From contig OZ024741.1 of the NCBI GenBank assembly GCA_964016885.1, forward strand, positions 12,524,001 to 12,588,000: DNA of 64,000 bases, read 5' to 3'. Positions 1 to 10,000 of the stretch are shown one piece after another (the stretch's first letter is position 1; each line of letters opens with the position of its first letter). The notes under the pieces were generated by a model, which saw nothing but the letters and a program-made list of their open reading frames with translations, was not told the origin of the DNA and made no database searches. The DNA is from Eledone cirrhosa (Eukaryota). Made by a program: the position numbers and the translations under genes.

Positions 1-336
1 TCGACATCACCACCACCACTGTCTCAGTATCGATACCGCCGCTACTGTCTCCCACATCTCCCCGCCGCCACCACTCCTTCAATGCTACCACCACTATTCC
101 CCTGTTAACTTGAGAGAGAAAGGGGAAGGTGGCGGTATCACTAGACAAGGGAGAGGCTAGCAAAAGATATAAATAGATTGACTTAGTGACCTGGCCAAGG
201 CCAAACGACAATATCAACAAATATGGGACTGCTGGCTCACCCCTTCCTCACCAACAATATAAAAAGCCCCGGCACCACCACCGACATAGCCAACAACAAT
301 AACAGCCAACTACAACAAAAAGTATATTATATTATT

Positions 337-387
337 GTAATGCACTGGGTGATTGCTGGCCTTGTGCCTGGAGTGGAGACAATTATT
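337..387 (+). mobile_element. 5'-truncated SINE fragment (3' tail only), same family as the SINE at 5892-6091
   Basis: gtaatgcactgggtgattgctggccttgtgcctggagtggagacaattatt aligns by eye with the minus-strand 3' end of the SINE at 5892-6091 (gtaatacctgagtaattgctggtcttgtgccaaaagtagaaacaattatt). It is preceded by attatt (331-336), which repeats at its 3' end (382-387). Confidence 0.7.
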
Positions 388-440
388 AATAATTTCATTC
401 TTAAGCCACGCAATGCTCACATTAAGGAACCACTCATGAT

Positions 441-450
441 AATAACAATT
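441..450 (+). repeat. Candidate target-site duplication, left copy (aataacaatt)
   Basis: An identical 10-mer occurs at 4595-4604, immediately after the element's tail plus compound microsatellite. It is AT-rich, so chance is not excluded. Confidence 0.55.
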
Positions 451-480
451 TAAAAAAAAACAACAAAAAGAAAACCCCGT

Positions 481-620
481 GACCAAGAAATACCGGGATG
501 GCGGCCGGCGGGGAATAGCCGTGTCTCTAGGGGAGAACGACCCCTCTAGTCTTGGTTGACACTCGTTCTAGAAGTGGTAACACGAAATGATTACCCCTTG
601 GCGGATAAGGATAAAACGCG
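481..620 (+). ncRNA. Structured 5' leader of the R4/Dong element (multi-pseudoknot; candidate ribozyme or translation element)
   Basis: Visible pairings: gaccaaga 481-488 / tcttggtt 550-557; hairpin 527-533 / 543-549; loop agaacga 534-540 / tcgttct 563-569 (pseudoknot); gtgtc 521-525 / gacac 558-562; ggtaa 576-580 / ttacc 591-595. Ends 14 nt before the ATG. Confidence 0.55.
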
Positions 621-634
621 AAAAAATAAAGTAA

Positions 635-3025
635 ATGTCTAATGATAAAATCTCATACCGGATCGGCCGTCACCCGGGTAAAAAAGTGCCGCGTCGCTCA
701 GAGAGGAACCAGACTGGGGTCGAAAAATCAGCTAATGGTTCAAACCTTCCCATCACTTCGGAGTTGGAGACCTCCCATAACCGGAATACTCCTACTGTTG
801 GCCCTCCATGCTCACCACCAAGAAATCCAAAGAAAAAGAGAGAAAAATGGTCAAGGGAAGATAATAAAGAAGTCCTTGAGGCTTTCTACACTGCCATGTA
901 CTACCCATCAAATACATCGAATACAGAACAGACATATATCAACTGGAAAAAGAAACATCCCGAAAACAGAGGCTATATTGACAGTAACAAACTAGCCAAT
1001 ATACGAAGAAATATTGTAAGAAAAAAGTTACTAACTGATATAGAAATTGATCAGATCAAGCTATTAGCACAAAGTCAGCGAAGGGAAAATGAAACATGTG
1101 TCAGTGAAAACGAGGTAAACTGTAACACTTCGAATCCCAGGGTTGGGGCGGAATCACTGGCAACAGAACAAATTAAAGAAAGGATCGAAAAAGTGGAGGG
1201 AGTGCATGCTCAGGATGAAACTCCAAATGAAAATAATGAGATTGTAAATGATAAGGAAATGAATGAGAATGAACTTGCCAACTTGAAGGATGAAATTATG
1301 ATCGAATGGATGAAAATGAAAGAATCTGACATGGGGCAACGAGACACCCTCCCTAAGATCCAGAACTCCAAACAGAACCAAAAGATAATACACAAGACTA
1401 ACATAATTCTCAAAAACATTATCATCACAAACAAACTAAACATTACTGATTTAAATCATCTCTATTATGCATCGGCTAAAGTCACCACTCACTTATGTGG
1501 AGTGAAGATGAAAAAACAAAGGAATTCCCACAAGAAATCTACTTGGCAAGAGAACATCAATCGCCAAATAAACCTTCTCCAATCTGACATAGAAATTTTA
1601 ACAAACTATAAAGTAGGTGAACATGTTAAACAAACTAAACTTAGAAAATTGAAAAAAAAGTACAGTATAAAATCAACATGTGACATAGACATGCTGATAG
1701 AAATAATCAAGCAAAAAGTGTCGGCCAAAGCTGCTCGTATAAGGCGCTTTGAAAAACGATCTAGATTCTATAAGGACAATAATATGTTCAAAAACAACCA
1801 AAGAAACTTCTACAGAAAAATTGGTAAGTCAACAATAACTGCTAAATCAATACCACCCAAGGAGGAAGTGCAAGAATTCTGGGAAAAGATCTGGGCCGAA
1901 GAAAAAGTTCATAACATACATGCCCCATGGATAGACAGACAAATGAAAGATACAGCTCACCTTGAGGAACAAATATGGGAAAATATAACAGTTGAACAGT
2001 TGCGCTTGGCTCTAAGAAAAACCAGCAAATGGAAATCCCCAGGAAAAGACAAAATACAAAACTTTTGGATAAATGCCTTCACAGAGTCTCATGAGCTGTT
2101 AGCCCAACTTTACAATGAAATAGTTAAGGAGCCAGAAAAGATACCTTCATGGCTAGTTAACGGCATTACATTCCTGCTTCCGAAGAATGATGAGACAAAC
2201 AATCCCAAAAATTACAGACCGATAACTTGCATGACCACAATGCATAAAATGTTAACATCAGTCCTAACTGAATACACATATGACCACCTGATAACAAATG
2301 ACCTATTTCCCATTGAGCAGAAAGGGTGTAAACGAGGCTCATATGGCTGTAAGGATCGGCTTCTGGTTAACAAAATGATACTGGAAGATTGTCATAATAG
2401 ACACAAAAATCTATCGATTGCTTGGATAGATTATAAAAAAGCATTTGATAGTTTGCCACACAGTTGGATTGAAAAATGTTTAGAGATTTTCAAAGTATCC
2501 CCCGTTGTCAGGAGGTTTTTGTCATTCAGTATGAAGACATGGAGAACGACACTCCTTTTGAATAGTGAAACAAAATCACTGGAAGCTGGAGAAGTTAATA
2601 TTAAATGTGGAATTTTTCAGGGTGACTTTTTATCACCGCTTTTATTCTGCATCGCACTTATACCATTAAGTAAAATGCTCAATGAAACAAAACATGGATA
2701 TAAAGTCTATGACAAAACCATTAATCACCTGTTCTACATGGATAACCTGAAACTATTTGCAAAAAATGATGAACAATTGCAAGGGCCAACTGTGAAGCAG
2801 TTCAGTGATGACATTAAAATGGAGTTTGGACTAGATAAATGCGCCAAAGCAACGTTCACCAGAGGAAAGCTGCTGAAGAGTTCAGACATTAATCTTGATC
2901 GGGGGAACGTGATAAGAGAACTTGATCAAGAAAAAACTTACAAATATCTAGGTGTTTGTGAAGGAGACGGAATCAAGCACTCGACAATGAGGGAAAGGAT
3001 AAGAAGGAATGTTACCGCAGAGTAA
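635..3025 (+). CDS. R4/Dong ORF, 5' part: reverse transcriptase domain
   Basis: Non-LTR RT motifs WKSPGKDKI, LLPK..NYRPITC, EQKG, WIDYKKAFDSLPH, GIFQGDFLSPLLF, HLFYMDN, MEFGLDKC and YKYLG. N-terminal KWSREDNKEVLEAFY resembles the Myb-like start of R4-clade ORFs. Confidence 0.85.
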   Translation: MSNDKISYRIGRHPGKKVPRRSERNQTGVEKSANGSNLPITSELETSHNRNTPTVGPPCSPPRNPKKKREKWSREDNKEVLEAFYTAMYYPSNTSNTEQTYINWKKKHPENRGYIDSNKLANIRRNIVRKKLLTDIEIDQIKLLAQSQRRENETCVSENEVNCNTSNPRVGAESLATEQIKERIEKVEGVHAQDETPNENNEIVNDKEMNENELANLKDEIMIEWMKMKESDMGQRDTLPKIQNSKQNQKIIHKTNIILKNIIITNKLNITDLNHLYYASAKVTTHLCGVKMKKQRNSHKKSTWQENINRQINLLQSDIEILTNYKVGEHVKQTKLRKLKKKYSIKSTCDIDMLIEIIKQKVSAKAARIRRFEKRSRFYKDNNMFKNNQRNFYRKIGKSTITAKSIPPKEEVQEFWEKIWAEEKVHNIHAPWIDRQMKDTAHLEEQIWENITVEQLRLALRKTSKWKSPGKDKIQNFWINAFTESHELLAQLYNEIVKEPEKIPSWLVNGITFLLPKNDETNNPKNYRPITCMTTMHKMLTSVLTEYTYDHLITNDLFPIEQKGCKRGSYGCKDRLLVNKMILEDCHNRHKNLSIAWIDYKKAFDSLPHSWIEKCLEIFKVSPVVRRFLSFSMKTWRTTLLLNSETKSLEAGEVNIKCGIFQGDFLSPLLFCIALIPLSKMLNETKHGYKVYDKTINHLFYMDNLKLFAKNDEQLQGPTVKQFSDDIKMEFGLDKCAKATFTRGKLLKSSDINLDRGNVIRELDQEKTYKYLGVCEGDGIKHSTMRERIRRNVTAE

Positions 3026-3045
3026 GAACAATCTTAAGAACGGAA

Positions 3046-4257
3046 TTGAATGCAAGGAATAGGATCGATGCCATAAACACGCTTGCCATACCAGTAGTAA
3101 CCTACAGTTACAATGTCATCAACTGGTCAAGCACAGAGATCCGTAGGCTCGATACAAAAATTCGAAAATTCTTAACCATGCACAGAATGCATCACCCTAA
3201 GGCAGATATAGATAGAATATATCTCCCTAGGAAAGAAGGAGGACGTGGGTTGAAAACTGCAACAATTGGATTATCTACATATCTAAGGGAATCACATGAT
3301 TGGATGATCAAACTCGTTTTGAAACACGAAAGCATCAAAAGATCATATTCCATTACAAAAGATGCACAAAGATACAGTAATGGACTACAAATTTCAGAAG
3401 TCCCATTTACTGCTGAAATGGAAAACACAGAAAAAGCAAAGCAGGTAAAAGTAACTGCAAAGAAAGAACTGCTACAGAAACTGGCTAAGAAATGGCAAGA
3501 AAAGCCTCTGTATGGAAAATACCCAGAGCGAGCTAACAATCCTGATGTTGACAAAACTTTAACCCATCAGTGGTTGGCATCCTCTGGACTGAAATCGGAG
3601 ACTGAAGGACTGATTATATCGGCACAAGATCAGTGTCTGCCAACAAAAAATTACCAAGCCAACATAATAAAAAATGGGTGCAGCCCATTATGCCGTGTAT
3701 GCAAAAAACAACCAGAGACCATTGACCATATAATTTCAATGTGCAGTCCTATAGCTCCAACCGAATACCTAAACAGGCATGACAGAGCTGCACAATACAT
3801 ACATTGGATAATGTGTAAGCATTTTGACCTGCCCCATCAAAAGAATTGGTGGGAGCATCAACCACCTCCCATACTTGAAAAAGATCACATCTCAATCTTG
3901 TGGAACTTTAGCATCCAAACAGACCGAAAAATAGATGCAAACAGACCTGATATAATATTGAAAGACTTTCAAAAGAGGGTATGCCTGCTAATTGATATGT
4001 CTGTTCCAATAGACAAGAATGTATCTATAAAAACATTTGAAAAATTGAGCAAGTATAAGGACCTGGAGATAGAAATTGGAAAAATGTGGAAATTGAGAAC
4101 TAAAACAATACCAGTGGTTGTAGGCGCTCTGGGAATGATACCTAAGGGGTCTAATGATTACATATCGCAAATACCAGGAAACCCGCGTATAGGAGAAATA
4201 CAAAAGATAGTATTAATGGGAACTGCCCATATACTAAGGAAGATTCTGTCAATATAA
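3046..4257 (+). CDS. R4/Dong ORF, 3' part: RT thumb/linker, CCHC knuckle, restriction-like endonuclease (frameshifted continuation, not an independent gene)
   Basis: RIYLPRKEGGRGL; CRVCKKQPETIDHIISMC (CX2CX8HX4C, 3691-3744); YLNRHD; RPDIILKD..LIDMSVP (PD at ~3946-3951); EKLSKY (KY 4051-4056); IPVVVGALG. Confidence 0.85.
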   Translation: MNARNRIDAINTLAIPVVTYSYNVINWSSTEIRRLDTKIRKFLTMHRMHHPKADIDRIYLPRKEGGRGLKTATIGLSTYLRESHDWMIKLVLKHESIKRSYSITKDAQRYSNGLQISEVPFTAEMENTEKAKQVKVTAKKELLQKLAKKWQEKPLYGKYPERANNPDVDKTLTHQWLASSGLKSETEGLIISAQDQCLPTKNYQANIIKNGCSPLCRVCKKQPETIDHIISMCSPIAPTEYLNRHDRAAQYIHWIMCKHFDLPHQKNWWEHQPPPILEKDHISILWNFSIQTDRKIDANRPDIILKDFQKRVCLLIDMSVPIDKNVSIKTFEKLSKYKDLEIEIGKMWKLRTKTIPVVVGALGMIPKGSNDYISQIPGNPRIGEIQKIVLMGTAHILRKILSI

Positions 4258-4340
4258 GTACATCACAAGTCTAAACACTAAAGATGCATGTGTGAATATG
4301 TATGTTCTTTCTTGAACATGGCGGACCTTGTTGTCTCTTG

Positions 4341-4359
4341 AGGTCACTGGTTGTGACTT
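4341..4359 (+). other. 3' UTR stem-loop of the R4/Dong element (likely RT recognition signal)
   Basis: aggtcac-tggtt-gtgactt, a 7-bp stem with one G-U pair and a 5-nt loop, ~40 nt upstream of the (TAA)n tail. 3' stem-loops are the usual template-recognition signal in stringent LINEs. Function is inferred. Confidence 0.5.
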
Positions 4360-4401
4360 GGTGATAACTCGTATGAACATAAAGCAAGATAAATGCAACT
4401 G

Positions 4402-4604
<203 letters not shown>

Positions 4605-5191
4605 GTTTCAATCGAATGTGGCTGTTTAGCCCAGCCAATGATCTAAAATGTCTTGAAGATATAACTTGTTTTATCGACTTAAACATAAATATGGCAGATT
4701 TGTTTATGTATATATTAGTATGAACTCGCTATTTTGTAGATAGTTTTGTGTTGTAGTGTATCTATATATAGAGAAAAATAGGAGATAGACAGACACCGTG
4801 TGTGCAGACACATACACATATTCATAGATACATATAACTTTGATAAGATTTGGTCAGTATTGGCCCAAGCCATGTCTAACTTAATAGCACCACCTGGCAA
4901 AGTCTTTCTAATCAGAATTTAGACACCATGGAATTTTCCAAAGACTTTTTGAAATTTATGGGATCTGTTTCTGCTTTAATGTGTTTTGGTGTTGTCCTAA
5001 TATTGTTATGAGATGTGACATTGATGTCTGTTATTGGCAGATAGCACTGTAATAAAATTGTTTATTGACATCTTGTCCTTATAAACAAGGTTACGATAAA
5101 TATACAAATTTACAAACATTCTTATATAGTTATGCTGATATATATGCAGACACACACTCATAGACTGACCAGTATATAAACGTAAACAGAC

Positions 5192-5257
5192 TGTATGTAT
5201 GTATATATGTATATGTATATATATGTATATGTATATATATGTATATGTATATATATA
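5192..5257. repeat. Imperfect (TATATG/TA)n microsatellite
   Basis: Directly visible. Confidence 0.9.
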
Positions 5258-5260
5258 CAA

Positions 5261-5430
5261 GGGCGGAAGAACTCATAAGAGTCAACGGCCATCCGAAAGT
5301 GTGTAAATATGTATATACACATCTACCGCGCGCTTAAACCACTGGGAGTGAAGGACCCCTAGTCTTTGTCAGAGTATTCTTCTAGGAGAAGGCAACTCAG
5401 GAAACTGGGATAACTCCGATATAAAACCTG
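5261..5430 (+). mobile_element. Orphan retrotransposon-type structured leader (no ORF follows), related to the R4/Dong leader at 481-620
   Basis: GC-richer island starting abruptly after a TA microsatellite. ctgggagtgaaggacccctagtctttgtc..ttcttctaggagaaggcaac..ataaaacc is colinear with ctaggggagaacgacccctctagtcttggtt..tcgttctagaagtggtaac..ataaaacg. The island may extend to ~5640. Confidence 0.5.
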
Positions 5431-5556
5431 TGGCTCAGTAGTTACCGATGATGTTGATCTTTTCTTCTTTTCGGGTTATAGCTACTGTCTCTCAGAGAGT
5501 GGGATTGGCTCAGTGCACAGTCTTTCCTCACTTTAAAAGATATCTTCACACACAGG

Positions 5557-5609
5557 CATTGCACGATAGAATTAATTAATAATTATTAATAATGATATAT
5601 CGTGCAATG
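5557..5609. repeat. 12-bp perfect inverted repeat with A/T-rich spacer
   Basis: cattgcacgata (5557-5568) / tatcgtgcaatg (5598-5609). Confidence 0.8.
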
Positions 5610-5853
5610 GCTATACTCGATAACGAGGGGGCAGGCATCATATATATGTATATAGTTCCCAAAACTAATCAGATCAGAGCAAACATCACGGACGCTCTAT
5701 CTCAACATTATTCTTGAAAACATTAGAAATGCGCAACCGGTAAAACTTAAAACCAAATCTGAATACTAACCAATACTATTACTAATTCTCACTTATTCCT
5801 AATTAAACTATTTTTCACTGTGAACAATTTGTCAGCATTTTCTATTCCGTTTA

Positions 5854-5856
<3 letters not shown>

Positions 5857-5890
<34 letters not shown>
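5857..5890. repeat. (AT)n microsatellite
   Basis: Directly visible. Confidence 0.95.
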
Positions 5891-5891
<1 letters not shown>

Positions 5892-5896
<5 letters not shown>

Positions 5897-6091
5897 AATA
5901 AAAATAATTGTTTCTACTTTTGGCACAAGACCAGCAATTACTCAGGTATTACTGGTACTTGATTTTATCGACCCCGTAAGGATGAAAGGCAAAGTCAACC
6001 TCGGCGGGATTTGAACTCAGATCGTAAAGGGACGTAACTATGCTGGAAAGCATGGCGTCTGACCCTCTACCGATACTGCCAATCCACCACC
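5892..6091 (-). mobile_element. tRNA-derived SINE (Pol III A/B boxes, CORE-like body, (TTA)n tail)
   Basis: On the minus strand: ggtggtggat-TGGCAGTATCGG (A-box-like, 6081-6070) ... GAGTTCAAATCC (B box, 6018-6007), then gccgaggttgactttgcctttcatcc..ggggtcgataaaatcaagtacc body and a ttatttttattattat tail. Resembles octopus SINEs from memory, not database-checked. Confidence 0.85.
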
Positions 6092-6092
6092 T

Positions 6093-6110
6093 TAATAATA
6101 ATAATAATAA
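6093..6110. repeat. (TAA)6 microsatellite abutting the SINE 5' end
   Basis: Directly visible. Confidence 0.9.
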
Positions 6111-6244
6111 TATATTAATGATAGTAAATATACTCATTTACTGTGTTTATAGCTCAATGCAATGAAGATCCTGCAGAGCTTTTATATATTTATAGTTTAT
6201 AGTTGTTAATAAATGCCTTAAATATTTTGGTTTGTAAATAAACT

Positions 6245-6499
6245 ATATATATATAAATATATAAGTATTTGTATGTGTATGTATATATATATATAAATAT
6301 ATAAGTGTTTGTATGTATATATATATACAAATATATAAGTGTTTGTATGTATATATATATATATATACACACACACATATGTGTTTGTATGTATGTATAT
6401 ATATATATACAAATATATAAGTGTTTGTATGTGTATGTATATAAATATATAAGTGTTTGTATGTGTATGTATACATATAAATATATAAGTGTTTGTATG

Positions 6500-6559
<60 letters not shown>

Positions 6560-6625
6560 TATGTTTGTATGTTTAAGTACATATATATATAAATATATAA
6601 GTGTTTGTATGTGTATGTATATATC
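6245..6625. repeat. Minisatellite of ~8-9 units: AAATATATAAGTGTTTGTATGT core plus variable (AT)/(GT) run
   Basis: Core recurs at about 6256, 6295, 6329, 6411, 6443, 6479, 6555 (degenerate) and 6591. Confidence 0.9.
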
Positions 6626-6937
6626 TATCTATATCTACACATACATAACACACATATCATATACATGTGTGTGTGTATGTTTTAATGTACTGTTGAAGCA
6701 AGTAAAAGTGAAACGAAACAAAACCACCACCTCGACCCCCCATTATTACCCTTGCCACCACCCATTCTACCCAGATACATTTAGTCAATCATCATTGTAC
6801 TATTCAAACCACCCCTACCCTCGCTCCCTTCATATCACTAACACCATGACCACTTTCAATATTATAAACCATCACTCCACCCACCTACAACACCATCATT
6901 AATTCTTACCCTAACTTAATTAGGTACAAACACACAT

Positions 6938-7053
6938 AGATTTGGGGAACTAGCTGTACAGTAATCCAGATTTGGGAAACTAGTATAGTAATCCAGGTTT
7001 GGGGACTAGCTGTACAGTAATCCATGTTTGGGGAGTTAGATGTACAGTAATCC
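6938..7053. repeat. Four-copy 27-30 bp tandem repeat (agatttggggaactagctgtacagtaatcc)
   Basis: Units at 6938-6967, 6968-6994, 6995-7023 and 7024-7053. Confidence 0.92.
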
Positions 7054-10000
7054 AGTTTTTATATTCAACGGTCACAATGATTTCCATGAAGAATGACTTA
7101 AATGACCTTTTAACGTCCTTATTTTCTTGTAATTAACCCCAAATATGCACATTCATACCCAAGGAGACAGTAATATACATGTTCAAACCCAAGACCTCAA
7201 AATATTGGAAGAGGTATGTTGCCGGTCTCGGTAAAATAGACTCCCATGCTATATAGCCGTTAAGAGTGTTAGACACCATGAGTTGCGGCCCAAGTTAAGA
7301 CAGTTTGAAATCTTTTCTACCATCAATTGTTAAAAAATATGTTAAAATCATTTAGTAATCATTTCATTATAATTCTGCTTGTGTTTCGACCATTCGTAAC
7401 TTATGTTAGGCTTTAGTTACATACAGACACATCTACTGTGTTACATACATACATATCTACTGTGTTACATGCACACACATATCTACTGAGTTACATAAAC
7501 ACACCTCTACTGAGTTACATACATACATATCTACTGAGTTACATACACACACATATCTACTGATTACATACGCACATATCTACTGAGTTACTGACACATA
7601 TCTACCGAGTTACATACACACACACAACTACTGAGTTACATATACAGACATCTACTTAGTTACATACACACACATCTACTGAGTTACACACACACAACTA
7701 CTGAGTTACATACACACATCTACTGAGTTACATACACACACATCTACTGAGTTACATACACACATCTACTGAGTTACATACAGACACATCTACTGAGTTA
7801 CATACACACACATCTACTGAGTTACATACACACATCTACTGATTTACATACACACACATCTACTGTGTTACATACACACATCTACTGAGTTACATACACA
7901 CACATCTACTGAGTTACATACACACATCTACTGATTTACATACATACACATCTACTGAGGTAGATACACATACATCTACTGAGTTACATACACACACATC
8001 TACTGAGTTACATACACACATCTACTGAGTTACATACAGACACATCTACTGAGTTACATACACACACATCTACTGATTTACATACATACACATCTACTGA
8101 GTTAGATACACATACATCTACTGAGTTACAAACACATACATCTACTGAGTACCAAACACACACATCTACTGAGTTACATATACACACATCTACTGAGTTA
8201 CATACACATATCTACTGAGTTACATACACACACATGAATACTGAGTTACATACACACATCCACTGAGTTACATACACGCACATCTACTGAGTTACATACA
8301 TACATCTATTGAGTTACATACACACACATCTACTGAGTTACATACACACACATCTACTGAATTACATACACACACATCTACTGAGTTACATATACACACA
8401 TCTACTGAGTTACATACACACACATCAACTGAATTACATACACATACATCTACTGAGTTACATACACACAGATCTACTGAGTTACATATACACACATCTA
8501 TTGAGTTACATACACACATCTACTGAGTTACATACACACCTCTACTGAGTTACATACACACATCTACTGAGTTACATACACGCACACAACTACTGAGTTA
8601 CATATACACACATCTACTGAGTTACATACACATAACTACTGAGTTACATACACACATCTACTGTGTTACATACACACACATCTACTGAGTCACATACATA
8701 CATCTACTGAATTACATACACACACATCTACTGAGTTACATACATACATATCTACTGAGTTACATACACACACATCTACTGAGTTACATACACACATCTA
8801 CTGAGTCACATACATACATCTACTGAATTACATACACACACATCTACTGAGTTACATACACACACATCTACTGAGTTACATATACACATCTACTGAGTTA
8901 CATACAGACACATCTACTGTGTTACATACACACACATCTACTGAGTTACATACACACACATCTCCTAAGTTATATACACACATCTACTGAGTTACATACA
9001 CACACATCTACTGAATTACATACACACATATCTACTGTGTTACATACACACACATCTACTGAGTCACATACATACATCTACTGAATTACACACACACACA
9101 TCTACTGAGTTACATACACACGCATCTACTGAGTTACATACACACATCTACTAAATTACATACACGCACATCTACTGAGTTACATACACACACATCTACT
9201 GAGTTACATACACACACATCTCCTAAGTTATATACACACATCTACTGAGTTACATACACACACATCTACTGAGATACATACGGACATATCTACTGAGTTA
9301 CATACACACACATCTCCTAAGTTATATACACACATCTACTGAGTTACATACACACACATCTACTGAGTTACATACACACATATCTACTGAGTTACATACA
9401 CACATCTACTGAGTTACATACACGCACATCTATTGAGTTACATACACACACATCTACTGAGATAGATACACACACATCTACTGAGTTGCATACACACATC
9501 TACTGAGTTACATCCACACATCCACTGAGTTACATACACGCACATCTACTGAGTTACATACATACATCTACTGAGTTACATACGCTCACATCTACTTAGT
9601 TACATACACACACATCTACAGAGTTACATATACACACATCTACTGAGTTGCATACACACATCTACTGAGTTACATATACACACATCTGCTGTGTTACATA
9701 CACACACCTCTACTGAGTCACATACATACACCTACTGAGTTACATACACACATCAACTGAGTTACATACACACACATCTACTGAGTTACATACACACACA
9801 TCTACTGAGTTACATACATACACATCTACTGAGTTACATACACACACATCTACTGAGTTACATACACACACATCTACTGAGTTACATATACACACATCTA
9901 CTGAGTTACATATACACACATCTACTGAGTTACATACACACAAATCTACTGAGTTACATACACACGCATCAACTGAGATACATACACACATCTACAGAGT

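Larger units (their letters stand above)
635..4257 (+). pseudogene. Disrupted R4/Dong polyprotein (N-terminal Myb-like region, reverse transcriptase, CCHC zinc knuckle, restriction-like endonuclease)
   Basis: ORFs 635-3025 and 3046-4257 join if one base is restored near 3005 (RERIR/ECYRRVRTILRTELNARN). The catalytic YxDD reads YMDN (tac atg gat aac, 2735-2746). QGDFLSP replaces the usual QGDxLSP serine. Confidence 0.88.

Noticed and set aside
223-453. 76-aa ORF upstream of the LINE, with nearby TATAAA-like words at ~168 and ~258
   Set aside because: No recognisable domain, it runs through a SINE fragment and AAC-rich low complexity, and TATA-like words are common in AT-rich DNA.
503-509. ggccggc, identical to the first strand of the HDV genomic ribozyme P1
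   Set aside because: No complementary gccggc(c/t) strand or uccucg-type L3 in the required downstream position.
642-4203. Overlapping and antisense ORFs within the LINE (642-995, 1154-1443, 3192-3554, 3988-4203)
   Set aside because: Shadow frames of the RT/RLE coding sequence with no motifs.
5313-5328. atatacacatctaccg resembling part of the satellite monomer (possible seed)
   Set aside because: Short, low-complexity match lacking the GAGTTAC core, so a relationship cannot be supported.
6007-6091. Possible tRNA gene on the minus strand (A and B boxes)
   Set aside because: No convincing cloverleaf or acceptor stem, and it continues into a SINE body and tail, so it is a SINE head.
4919-7280. 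12-bp direct repeat ttagacaccatg at 4919-4930 and 7269-7280 as a possible TSD
   Set aside because: About one 12-mer match is expected by chance among 7 kb of sequence, and the enclosed segment has no terminal repeats or tail.
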